Program-made: the position numbers and the translations under genes | From: the human T2T-CHM13v2.0 reference genome, Homo sapiens | Strand: one strand, 5' to 3' | Assembly: GCF_009914755.1 (NCBI RefSeq) | Contig: NC_060926.1 | Length of the DNA stretch: 64,000 nucleotides | The notes under the pieces: model-generated | Told to the model about the DNA's origin: nothing | The model's database searches: none | What the model saw: the letters and a program-made list of their open reading frames with translations, nothing else | In this document: one piece after another, positions 17,440 to 30,249 of the stretch | Layout: every line of letters starts with the position of its first letter | How positions within the stretch are numbered: the stretch's first letter is position 1

Positions 17440-18692
17440 ATAACATTAACTATATTTTTAATATATAACTATAGGTAAATGAATACACCTTGGAATAATT
17501 ATAATAAATAGAAAATGGAAAAATAATTTTTCTACTATTATAAGTGTGTACCTTAAATGCTGTAAGCCCCTTTACTTTCTTTCACAGCATGTTAAATATT
17601 GACTTAAGAAAACAATTTAATGAAATTAAATCATCAACTGAGTAAAAAGTAGTTAGATTTGGCTTGAAATATAAAAATAATTTATTTACAACACACCAAG
17701 AACCATGTAACAGCACTGAGTGAAATTCCAACAAATGTTTTCTCTGTATCATCTCACTTCAAGCTGGGGCCTCATTACAGAGCAAACCCTTGCTAGAGTA
17801 GAATTTGGAGCTCTTCCCCCACATTTGGGAGGAGGCTTATCTTGGCCTCCCACCTCAAACCTTGGGAGGAAGACTGTCTTTTGTAGAAATCTTCACCATG
17901 GATAACAATAAATTTCACATTTTTCTTTAATTCTGTCACAGTGAAGATACCCAGTGACCAGCAATGTGGAAGAGGAGGGGCTGCCCAAGGATAAGATAAA
18001 GGATTTGAAAGATTGTTTAGAATTCAGGGCAGAGGCAGAAATGCAAAAATTCCTGAGCTTCTGCTTCTATCCAGCCCACAAGGAAAGGGTGAGAGGCAAG
18101 TGAAAGCGATGGATGATGGTGCTGGATTTCAGAGGGAAGCCTTGTTGGTTTTGGCAATGCCTGTTCCTATTGTTAGAACACCCAGCACACTGCTGGCAAC
18201 TCTCTAAAAGAATATGACAAGTTTAACATGCAAGATTAATGCTCCTCTCCTGCATCACAGGATGTTATAAATAAAGCTGTAGCTTTTTATATACTATCAA
18301 GTGGTATGCCACCCAATAGAAAGCAGATAAAGGAAACCCAGGAAAGCTAATTTTAAGAGAGGGAAAAAATGACATCACTGATGCATTTTAAACACATTTC
18401 AAAATACATTCAGAAGTGTTCACACATTGTGGGGATACAGGAAGTCTCTGGACCCATATACAAATTGTGCATATGTGTGTATGTGTGTGTGCCAGTGTGT
18501 ATGTCAGTGGGTGTAACAAATATTTCGAGAGGTGACAAACAGCTCATGTATTTTACCTGTAGGAGAAAGAGTACATGTTATCATGGTAGCCCAGTTTTAA
18601 GGTAAAAATTAAGTCTTGTTCTAAATCCTTCATTTTCCAGACCAGGACCATCTCTCCCCGCAGCACATGGAACCCGGGACCCTGCCTCCTAC

Positions 18693-18990
18693 CTGTGCTG
18701 CTGTTGCTGCTGGGGCTGGCCTGGGCGGGTGGTGGGGGCTGCCCATCACTCAGCTGCTTCACTCGTTTGCGGTGGGATTTGCCGTTGGAATGCACCTGAG
18801 CCTGGGCTGCAGAGTTCAGCTGGATGTTGCACACCTCACAGAAGGAGAAAAGAATTTTCTTTTTCTCTTTGCTCAACTGGTCCTCAGGCCTGTCGTTCTT
18901 TATCCCCTTTTCTTCAAAGCCCCGTAGAAAATTTGCCATATTCATGATTCCATCTTCAAGATGGTTGTCAGGGCTTAAGGAGTACCTCAT
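18693..18990 (-). CDS. ZNF385B: ZNF385B first coding exon (exon 18693-18992): N-terminus and first matrin/JAZ-type C2H2 zinc finger
   Basis: MRYSLSPDNHLEDGIMNMANFLRGFEEKGIKNDRPEDQLSKEKKKILFSFCEVCNIQLNSAAQAQVHSNGKSHRKRVKQL...SSNSST matches recalled ZNF385B; C-x2-C-x12-H-x5-H motif; acceptor ttgttttgtttttcag|gc at 18993/18992; donor cag|gtagga at 18693/18692 (phase 1). Confidence 0.95.
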
Positions 18991-19229
18991 GCCTGAAAAA
19001 CAAAACAAGTACAAGTGCTTCTGAAATGATATATGCCTTATTTTCTAGTATGATTACAATTAATCTTTAAGGGTTTGTTTAAGCTAAAAGTTGCCCAGCT
19101 ACCCAGTGGTTACTACTAGAAAAAAAATCATCAAAAGTACCTAAGTAAGCAAGTATGGTCTTTGAATGTGAGTTCCTTGTGCCTGGGGGTTTTTGAACAG
19201 AAGTTCCTTTCACCTGGAGCACTTTATAC

Positions 19230-19563
19230 CCCATCCTTGCCCCTCTTCCCATCACCTCCCACCCTCTTTACTCTCTTAACTTCCCACCCATGAGATCTCA
19301 GCTGGCAAATTACCTTCCTCATGAAACCCTTTCTGACCCTGGACACAAGGCAAGATCTGGTTATATGCTCACATAGTGCTATGTGACACCTATCAGAGTA
19401 TGCATTTCTTAGGCAATTGTGCAATTACTTGGCTTATGTCTGTCTCCCCATTACAGTATGAGCTCTATGAGGACAGTCACCTCGTCTCTGGATATCCCTT
19501 AGGCCTACAACTGCACCTGTTACATAATAGGCATTCAAATTTTATTGAAGAAAGGAATAAATG
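19230..19563 (+). mobile_element. L2 3' end fragment
   Basis: tgtctgtctcccca...tgagctctatgaggacag...ggcattcaaattttattgaagaaaggaataaatga. Confidence 0.6.
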
Positions 19564-19710
19564 ATGTCATGAATCTGGAATTGTGAAAATATTCATGTGT
19601 AGACACAAATATATATACAATCAGCATACACCTGGGCATATACAAACAGATACATGCCTTAACTGCAGGGCAGGTAACAAAGAACAAAATACTGTATGCC
19701 TGCAACTTAC

Positions 19711-19862
19711 ATTGGGTTGTGTTCTAAAAGTCCCTTTATAAGTCAGCTGACAGGAATTTGGACATATTTTCTTATTCTTGTAGTGAAACAAACTGTTTTT
19801 CGGTTTCCAGGTTAGCCCATAAACATCAATTTAATATTTGATGGAGTTGAAATGTAGAACAT
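19711..19862 (-). other. ZNF385B: ZNF385B 5'UTR exon (152 nt)
   Basis: Acceptor attattttgtatttcag|at at 19863/19862 and donor aat|gtaagt at 19711/19710; 718-nt intron to the coding exon; consistent with the recalled gene structure. Confidence 0.8.
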
Positions 19863-22800
19863 CTGAAATACAAAATAATATAAAATTTTAGTAAACTGGT
19901 AATTGAAAAGGAATGAAATAGAATAAGAAATAATTTTTTATATTTTTAAGTGTTGATGTTTTCTTCGTTTGTTTAGATAAGAGTACAGACGTAGATTATA
20001 AACTAAGGGAAGATTCGAAAGGGATTTTCAGTACTTTGAGACCCTTGGTTGATGAAGATTGCCTTGCCATTTTATTTTTTTCAGTGCCATTTTATGTAAT
20101 TTTTCATTTTAGTTAATACCAGGAATACCAGCATTTTCAAAATTATCAGTGGGATTATAACAATATTTTGGTTTACAATTCGAATAAATAAAAAGACACT
20201 TCCCAAAAAGAAAGGGGAGGGGAATTTGGCAAAAATTAAGGGAAAGGGGTATGTGTGGGAAAGAATGGCTGAGGTGGCAGTGCTGTGCCATAAGAGATGA
20301 GGGGTTTATATGAAGGAAGGATCATGGCTTGTAAGGGACTTCTTATAGAACAAACTCAGGGGGAATGCAAGGTATTGGCTTTCAACAGTCCTTTTGATCC
20401 AAGTTGTCTCAGAGCTCTAAGAAAAGGAAGGAGCTACTAGAGACAAGACCCTATCTGGAGTGTTCACAAGCAGGATGTTTAAAATTCGGAAAAGGTATGA
20501 CCATAAAACCAGATATTGATTCTAATGTATAGTATGCCAAAAAATCTCCTTGTTTATACCCATACATCCAATTGTGAAGGTTGTCTGAACACTGTTAATT
20601 TTGATATGCAAAACCTACTTGTCCCTTTTAATACTTTAACCTGATAATGCCATTTTAAAGAACTCTCTTACACAAAATTTTCCAAGTCAATCTATTCCTT
20701 TTAGCTCCTGCCTTAAAATCTGCTCAAACTATGCAGAAATCAGGTTTAAGCAGTTCCTGTAGCTAAGCTACAGAAAATAATTCAGCTATAATTGAAATGG
20801 GGTTTGAACTGCACATAAATATTTTTGCTTTTATTCTTTAAACCTAAGATATTATGTTATCACAAAGTCACTTTTCTCATACACCTTAAGAAAATATCAG
20901 TGCCATATTAGTTATGTTCAAATATCTATATCTTCTCTTAAAATATTAAAACATATCATAAGAATTAGTTGAAATAAGTAAGTGATTTTTAAAATAAGCT
21001 CATTACTAACATTTTGCACTATCTAGAAAACTAATCCACTGTGAAACATAAGAAAAGCCAATAACGTTTAACCTTGCAGAACGAGGCCAGGCACCATCGT
21101 ACTCAATCATTGAAACCTAAGCTTATATTTCAACTCAAGGAAGCAAGATCCTTGACTCAGAGGAGAACTGTTGACACTTTCATCTGAAAATTTAACCTGG
21201 AGGTGCCCAGGCTTGTCCATATTGCAGATTAACACACGGTATTTCATAGACACAAGACACACATTATAATGTTCCTATGACTTTTTTGTTTGCATTACCT
21301 TATTAAAAATAAAGCCATGTTACCTGTGCTTTTATGATTGCCATTTATCCTGGAAATTATTCTACTTTTGATTTATTTAAATATACATATTTTAAGTAGG
21401 AAGAAAGATATCTTCCATAAAAAATAAATGGCTCTTCTAGAATTCTGTAACCTCTTCAGAGTACCAGCATCCTCCATAACTTTTCAACCCTATTTTACCT
21501 TCTCCAAGAGTTATTCTCACAAGTGGTCTCCCAAACCTCCAACACCGCATTCATGGGCCACTCTAGAAAAGACCCAATGCCTGGGGGTGGGGTATGCATT
21601 CTGTTCACCAAATCCCAATTTATTAGTCCTAGTTCTGGCTTCACACTTCCCTCTTTCTCAGGGGAAAAATAAGATCAGCTTCTGTTAACAGCCACTTGCA
21701 ACCAAAGTATATTTAGCTGCAGAGGTCTTGGGAAAATGACCTAGAGGTGGCAGAGAGGCAAGATATCAGAGTCTCAGCATCCACTTTTGGCCTGAGATGA
21801 TATAATTTCTAGGCTTATAATATGTGTGAATGTGATAACATTTATAATGTCAGCTTTCTTGCTAAGGGGAAAGTAACAGTGAGTTTAAATGGAAGAAGAG
21901 AGAAAAATCTCACTTTCTATTTTAAATTTTTTCATCAGACTATCTTAATTACATGTTTCACTTGAGTGGGAGAGAAGGACCTTCGGGGGTGTCTGATTTT
22001 AAACAGAGCAGTGGGCAGCACTGTGCTTTGGACTGCCAGGAATGAGTGTAAGAAAAGTCAGGACAACTGAACCAAAAACTCTATGCTTTTTTTTGTATTA
22101 TTTTACCAGATTAGATGACCAACAACTTAACATTCATAAGAGAATAAGACATTTTAGTGCAGGCAAAAGAATGAGAAAATGTTGGTCCTTGAGTTGCTGC
22201 TTTTGGAGGAAAGAGCTGATGAATTCAAACTGGACAGTCAGGGAATTTCCACAGGAGTGATTTTAAATCACTAGGATGCAATCCGTCAGGAAATTTTCCA
22301 ATGTTACAACTTTCCCTAGGATTTTCCCTGACCTGCATTGTTATCCAATTGTTTTCTATAATAATTTGAAAAAAAAAGGAAACTGATCCAGAGGTAAAGA
22401 CATCTCTGTTGCATATGTACAGCAATACATTCTTTGACTCAAGAGTGGCCACATCAGATGGAGAACAAGAAACTGCCTCCCTTCTATGTAAGTGTGAAAA
22501 GGCTCATTCCTCAACTCAAGTCAATCGGTTTTATCCACTTCCCATTCATTCCTTAACCCCTAACAACTTGGCTTGCAACTCCTTTCCACAGGTAGTGCTT
22601 GTCTTTGCAAAGTCACTATAAACACTTCTAATTGCCAATTCCAAGATGGCAGTTTCCTTCCTCCCCACTTTTCCTGATGTCCTCGTGATGCTCCCTCGCT
22701 CGAGTCTCTTCTCACCTCTGCACTCCTGAGGCATTGTGTTCACAAAGTTAGCACAACACACAATTCTTATATTATTGGTTTAATTATTTATATAGTTTTA

Positions 22801-23139
22801 TGACATATATATGGTTTTACTTATTGACTCACTCATTTCAGTATATTGTTACAGAATAGGTAGGCAGAGGGCAAGACGCCAGGGAGAAAACAGTGAACAC
22901 GGTCAAGGAGATGTCTCAGGGGACCAAACAATCCAATGAGAAATACAGAGGAGAAAACAAGAAATTACAATAAACTACAATAAATTCTTTGGAAAGGTAT
23001 ACATTTTCCTCCCTTGCTAGTTTTCAAGCTCCTTGAGTATAAAAACTATGTTTTATTCATCTTTGTATCCTCAGCATCTAAGATTGTGTTTTGTATAAAA
23101 TAGGCACTTAATAAATGTTGGCTGAATAAATGAATGGCT

Positions 23140-23515
23140 GTATTTGTGTGGGAGGGTTTAAGGTGAGCGGGATGGGAGGTGAGTGTGATGTGTGTGTATA
23201 TGTGCTTTATGTGTTTGTGGTCTGTGGTACATGTGATGTGTGGTTTGCGTGTGGGGTGTGTGTGGTATGTGCGGGGGTGTATAGGTGTGGAGTGTGTGTG
23301 ATATGTGTGTGGTTTGTGTATGGTATATGTGACTGTGATGTGTATGAATGTGGTGTGCATGGGGTATGTAGTATATGTAGTGTGTGTGTGGTCTGTGTGT
23401 GGGATGTACGGGGAGTGTAGGGGATATGTGGGTATAGTGGAGGGTGTGTGTGTGTGGTATATGTGGCATGTGTAATATGTGTGTGGTATGGGCATGGGTG
23501 TATACGTGTGTAGCA
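23140..23515 (+). repeat. Degenerate (TG)n-rich low-complexity tract
   Basis: ~370 bp of imperfect tgtg/gtat/gtgg units. Confidence 0.9.
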
Positions 23516-23552
23516 CTGGTTGTGAACACAGTAACCAAGGTCAATGTTTTCT

Positions 23553-23846
23553 TTTTTTTTTTTGTTTTAAGATGGAGTCTCGCTCTGTCGCCCAGGCTGG
23601 AGTGTAGTGGTGCCATCTTGGCTCATTGCAACCTCTGCCTCCTGGGTTCAAGCAATTCTCCTTCCTCAGCCTCCTGAGTAACTGGGACTACAGGGGCACA
23701 CCACCACGCCCAGCTAATTTTTGTATTCTTAGTAGAGAGAGGGTTTCAACGTTGGCCAGGATGGTCTTGATCTCCTGACCTTGTGATCCACCTGCCTCAG
23801 CCTCCCAAAGTGCTGGGATTACAAGTGTGAGCCACCGCACCCGGCC
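23553..23846 (-). mobile_element. AluS (Sc-like) with perfect 16-bp TSD
   Basis: TSD aaggtcaatgttttct at 23537-23552 and 23847-23862; ggatggtcttgatctcctgaccttgtgatcc diagnostic region. Confidence 0.92.
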
Positions 23847-26800
23847 AAGGTCAATGTTTTCTAATCATTTTAGCTTGTATGTGGGCTAAGCCCACAGCTG
23901 TTTGCATTTTGAGATCAGGAATGGTAATAACGGTGTGCTCCCCAAGGAAAAAGTATCATCACTCATCTGCAAACTAAAATCCCAACTGTTTAGGACAGTC
24001 TTTCATCTTGTAATTAAAAATAAGGCTTAAAGTTCAAATTCTGACAAAACATGGGTATATTGTGTCAGCATCCATGTGACATTAGCCCTTTCCTGCAACC
24101 AACTTTCTCAGGAAATGGAACACTGGGTATTGTGGGAAAGTTTGGGGAATACTTTCTGAAGATTAAAACACATAGATGGAGAAGATATAGGGCTCTGGCA
24201 TTGCTTTTTACCCATTTAACTATGTTGAAATGCCTTGTACTGCCTCCTGATCTTCTGCTGCAAAGGGAGGCAAAAAGTTGAGTTCTGAGTACCAGATTAT
24301 ACACAATTCCTTTCCCCAAAATAGAGTTTCAGAGAAAACTAAAAGGTCAGTAGAGAGGGTTCATTTCATTGAATGTTTTGGTATATTTCATAATAGGATT
24401 CAGATATGGAAGGCTATATTTGATCCAATTCAACTAATCATTTATTAAACACTGATTATAGACAATATGCTATACTTGGCCCTATGGTAAAAGAAATGTA
24501 TAAAATTAAGAACCTTAAAAAATAAAAAGCTTGTAATAAACCAGAAGAGGCAATCCTTCTGCTACTCATTGTTTAGGAAAGTGACTGTGGAGAACTCTCT
24601 GCATAACAGTCCCCAAAATACTTTGAACTTCTTACATTGGAATGAAATTATTCCTTAGCAATTGATTTCACTAGACAGTTCATTGGTCTCATTTTTTTCC
24701 CCAAGTACTTACTGGCACTTTATTGAGTGCTAGTGAAATAGATTTTAATTGGGGTGCTCTGGTCTAGTGTGAATCCCAAGAGATTGGGATTATTTGACAT
24801 CAATGGCTGAGTCAGAAAAACTGACATTTAAATGTTTCTAGCAGTTTGTTTCCCTTGGGGAAAAATTTTGAACTTAGCTTTGGAGGCACACTGCTTCTTT
24901 ATTTTGGAAAAAGCATCTTAGAGGATCTTCGTATTATGTGAAGGTAAAGCATAGACTCTATTCTGTAATGGAGACTCTGGAGATAATATAGCTCCAAGGA
25001 ACTTAAACTGCTTTCCACAATCATATGAAAGGTTGTCTTCACTGTGACACAGCTGCTTCTCTGCAAATTATCTTTTCTTTCATAAAATATTTCTTTCCTG
25101 CAAGTGGATTTAAATTGTATCGTCCCTGAAAGTTTTTGTTAGATACTGGGAGATGAATGTGTTCAAGCAGTTAACTACAGGAGATCAGTGGAGACTGGAA
25201 GCTGCAAGAACATGACCACATCTTACCTCTGAAAGAACAGCCTGGAACTGTTGAAGCTCAAACTGGACTATATTGCATGAACCTCATATTTGGGGTCATT
25301 CCTGATTGAATAAACCCAACTTTGGAGAAAGCAGTGATGTTGTTCTGAATTATCCTAAGAACTAAAGAGAAAGATCACACCTCTGTGGATGGGTGCGAGA
25401 AGGAAGAGATGTTTTCACTGTCAGTCTTACCAGAAGATTGACAGGGGGCAGGAAATGGACACTGAGAGGTATGAGACTATGACTGTCTCTGGGCCTGAGG
25501 GAACAGGAGGCCTAGGATCTAGACATGTGAATCTTGTTCCAGGCATTCCTGCTGTGGAAGGGTAAGCTGACCCTTGAAATGGGGTGACAGGCCTGAGACT
25601 GGGCAGAGAAGACTTTGCACAATACAAAACACCTAAGGAGGGTTTTAGTCCATGAACTCAGGGAACCCCCATATCTATTTACAATTGTTGAATTATCCTC
25701 TTGTATAACATCCCGCACCTTTTAAAAAAATCTTCAAACCATAACTGTGAAGTCATGCAAACATCACAGTTGGTCTTCCTATTAGTGGGGGAATTGTGCA
25801 AGAGTCTGGGATGGCATCTGGGGTGAAAGCCATATATGGGAGAGTAGGAGCAATGGGCTGAGGGATGCTCGTGACCAACAACAAGGAAGGCAGTGGTCCA
25901 AAGCTACACAGCTGGTTAAGATGTTGAACAACAACTGGCTTGGGATATCTCAGGGGCTCAAAAAATGTTCAGGGCGGGAAAACTGATAAAACATTGGAAT
26001 TCTTGCAGCTAGTAGGGGAGATATTTGAACTATTTTTTGAATTAGGTAATATGATGGGCAAACAGGCTGGGACATTTATGTTACCTAAATGTAAAGAAGA
26101 TAAGTTTACTTTATTCTCACTTATTATTGTAGATCCAAAGCCAATCAGATGTCTAGCACTTAGAAGGTTCTCCATAAATCTTTGACAAAATAAAATAAGT
26201 GCTATGATTAATTCAGCTACAGTTCAGCTTCAGCCAAAAGCTGATAGTTAATTTGTTCCTGGCCTTCAGAAGACCCAACTGTTTAATGTCTATGTAAATC
26301 AGTATCTTTTCTGGCATACTTGATCATCAAAGTATCTCAAGTTATGATCATATACAAATAGCGTAATGATGTCAATAATGAGAACAAGGAATGGATTTTA
26401 TTTTTAATGCAAGAATATCAATTGTATATGTGTATTTCAGATAAAACTAGAATTGAAAGTACTAATTTATGCTTATGACATTGAGACTCTATCAGTAGAA
26501 GGAAAAATATTTCTTCTTACAAACATAAAATGTCACAATAATTAACATGAAAGCTATTAATTTCATGAAAAAACAATTACAAAAATTCTTAATTAGTTAA
26601 ATAGAAAAATAAATTGACAGCTAAATGTAGCACTAGCTAAATAACTATGGACAAAACATATACATACTTTGAAATACACATATCTATAAACAAATACTAT
26701 TAGGATGGAAATCAGATTATACTATAACTAATATTTGTAATGATAATAAATAAATACTTAAGCACTATATTTTTTAATTTCATGATGGCATTAACTTTTC

Positions 26801-26930
26801 TAGGAAAAAAGGAATCTATTTGAGAATTATTCTCATCTTTTAAAGATGAATTAAAAGCAAAAGACCAGCTTTGCTACCTCTAAATAAATTATTACCTCAA
26901 AGAGATAATTAAGTAATACTTAACTCATAA

Positions 26931-27221
<291 letters not shown>

Positions 27222-28369
27222 TGTCAAGAGGTTTTTTTTAATCATAGAATTGGGCTTTATTCTTAGTCAAATATTGATTTTAACACTTAGCTTTTGGTAT
27301 TCAACCAAAATGTGTATACGGTATACCTCTAGCTATGAGAAAGAACAATCTTTATTGGCTGGGCTCCATAGTCTTCTTTATATGAGGAAGTCTAGATTCC
27401 ATTCTCCATCTGCCCTGCATGGCACTGCTGTGCAGCATGAAACAGCAGCAGAGCACAAGACAGCAAACTGCAAAACATAACCAACATAAAAACCTGGGCA
27501 AGGGCAGATCTCGCAGCTCTGTTCCTCCCACTACGACTGCCAGGGCTGGAATGTAACCATAAACACTTTTCTAAGAGGGTCCAGGAAGCACTCCAGCAAG
27601 TCAACAGCTGAGTCTTCCTGGGAGGTGGGACCGAGCTCTACCTGCTATGGAACATTCTAGGGGTGGAAGGCAACATAGGCAATTGAATGGATGGATTCCT
27701 ACAAGACAGACCCATCCATCAAAGAAGTAATATTTTCAGTTCTTTGAATTCTCATGTCATCTTTACAAGTTTACAAACAAGAATGGTATTCTCTGGATTT
27801 TGTTTTGTGGGAAAGTACAGGTAGAGTCAAAGAGAACACATTACATAGCTTAGTATTATTTCCAGTCATAATTTCCATGTAGTCCATCTAGACACATTTT
27901 TGAAATTATTGCATTTTTATTTATTATAAAAATAATTTTTATCATTCTAGAAATTTTGGAAAATACAAACAACATAAAAAAGATTGGAGAAAAATCTTCC
28001 ATATTCCTACCAAAGTGAACCACAGTTTGTTACATGTGCATAACAACAACAAAAAAAGGTGAACCACAAACATTACATGTTTACTTCTGGTCTTTTTCAT
28101 TTATAATTGATACATAATAATCATTCATGTTTATTTCTAGCCTTTTAAACATGCATATGATTTTCACAGAGTTCTGGTTAAACAACACAGACTTGCCAAG
28201 GGTTGAAATACATAAACGTATTGGGGCTGAGCTCTTAAATTGATTATATTTACCTACAATTTCATCAATTTCATTAACAAGAAGTTGATGTTCTTTTTTC
28301 CTCTGGTATAGATCAAACGCAGCTATAACCAGTATTCTAAAAAACACAGTGCTGTAACAGGGGTTGCCT

Positions 28370-28960
28370 TGGTCAGGGCAGTCAGACAAGATGTGATGAT
28401 GATGAAACCAAGAGCTAAAGAATGAAGAGCAGTAGAGGGAAAAACACTGCAGGCAAAGGAGATCCTATGTGCACAGGTCCGGAAGCAAGACGAAAGATGG
28501 CAGATGTGACAAACTAAAAGCAGCCCAGTTCATCTAGAGCAGAGAGAGCAGGGCAGAATGAGATGTGAAATAAAGCTGCAGAGCAGAGCAGGGCCTGGTT
28601 GGTCATGCAGGCCTTTGCAGGCAATGTGAGCTGTCAGTCTAGGGAAAGTGCAGAAGTGCCTTAAACTGGGGGCCTGATATGATCAGATTTCAGCTGTGAA
28701 AAAAATCACAACTGGATTCAAAAACAGGGTGCAGAGTAGAGAGGGTGTCATGTGGATGTGGACAAGTTCAGGACTATTACAATTTTCCAGGCAAGAGAAA
28801 ATGGCACCTGGACCTGGAGGGTGATTGTGACAGCAGTGGAAAAAGTGGATGAATTCCAAACACTTGGAGAAGAAACATCCCATCCACATGTCTTGCTGGT
28901 GGATTAGCTGGGCCTGGGGGCAGAGGGAGAGACTAGTGTCAGGGATGACTCCATGGTTCT
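28370..28960 (-). mobile_element. L2 fragment
   Basis: gcaggcaaaggagatcctatgtgcacaggtcc...gggatgactccatggttct, typical degenerate L2; orientation inferred. Confidence 0.55.
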
Positions 28961-28992
28961 AACCCGATTGGGTCTTGAAAGTACCTGGGCAC

Positions 28993-29117
28993 AAAAAAAT
29001 GATGAGTGTGTGAGGTAATTGATATGTTACTTACCTTAAGTTAGCCATTCCACAATGTACCCATATATTAAAATATGATGTTTATATATTTTTTTATTCA
29101 TTAAAGAAATAATTTTT
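28993..29117 (+). mobile_element. Short L1MA-type 3' end insertion
   Basis: tgtgaggtaattgatatgtta...ttagccattccacaatgta; TSD-like aagtacctggg (28979) / aagtacctagg (29118). Confidence 0.7.
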
Positions 29118-29129
29118 AAGTACCTAGGA

Positions 29130-29293
29130 CAGTTTTTAAAAATATTGATGCCAGATTCCCATCTCTAGAGATTCTGATTTAATTGGTCTGCTGCTGGGGT
29201 TGGAGGAGAGGGTAAGTGGTTGCGGCAGCTGGGCCTAGGAGCATAAACCTTCCCAGGTGATTCTAATGGGCAGCCAATGTTGAGAACCACTGC
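29130..29293. mobile_element. MER5-like hAT-Charlie MITE
   Basis: agagattctgatttaattggtctg...ttcccaggtgattctaatgggcagccaatgttgagaaccactg. Confidence 0.75.
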
Positions 29294-30249
29294 GCTAAAG
29301 ATTGCCGCTATTTGAGAGTAGGTTCTTTTCTAGTCTGAGACTCTACTAGGCAGCCACCAACAGACTTTACCCTGCCACCAACAAGATGTGGAAAGAGCAT
29401 TTGATTGCTTCATGTTAGAGAATGAACAGCAGTACTTCCAGGGTCTCCTTAGCCCCTAGAAAAGACACAAAAGTCCAGGCTGTTTGTCCCAGAACCCTCT
29501 TCTCAGATCATAGATGCTTCCCTCTCATCTCTAAGGCACAGGAGTCCCAGAGGGCTGGCAGGATGGGGCCTCCTGACCCACATCATGGCTGGGAAGCTAG
29601 AGTCCCATATAAAATTCTCAGGAGCTAAGCCCAGCTCTCATTCTCTAATTTGCAGAATTTCTTTGAGTAAACATCACACTGCCTCTCTGCTTCCTTCCGT
29701 TTTCTGTTTTCCACATTCCATTCTGCCTCCTTGCAGTAATTTTCACTTGGTTCCCAACACATACCTGGAACTAAATTAAATGTGCCATGATCTCGTTTGG
29801 ACTTCATCCTTGATTGTAGACAACTTCCCTACTAATTCCTTTCTCTCTAAGAAAATTTTTTATTCCAAACATCACAATAGGGTATTCTTCCTAACTCCTC
29901 CTGAAAGGTTTGCTGACAATATGTATTTAGAAAATCAAGTATATGTAAGGATAATTTTTCCAAAACTGACATTTAGAAATATTTGAGAAATTTTAATTTA
30001 GGATAACTTATTCCCAAAGACAACTGTTTTCTTAGGCAATAAATTTATATTGTACTTGTAATAAAATAATCAAACTTACACAGGCTAGTCAAATGACTAA
30101 TCAGATAAATAACACTTTTCCCAGGGAAAATGCTAAATTGAACAAAATGCCCAGTCAACAGATTAAACTGGGACTGCCCCAGGTAAAATGGAGCATGTGG
30201 TCACCCTATGCTCAAAATTACTTTGCATTTTCATATTACAAAACTAACT

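Noticed and set aside
18553-19014. 153-aa ORF as a single-exon gene
   Set aside because: Its ends are intronic read-through beyond the acceptor (18993) and donor (18692).
23046-23616. His/Thr-rich and Cys/Val-rich ORFs of up to 156 aa
   Set aside because: Translations of a degenerate TG/CA tract and an adjacent Alu.
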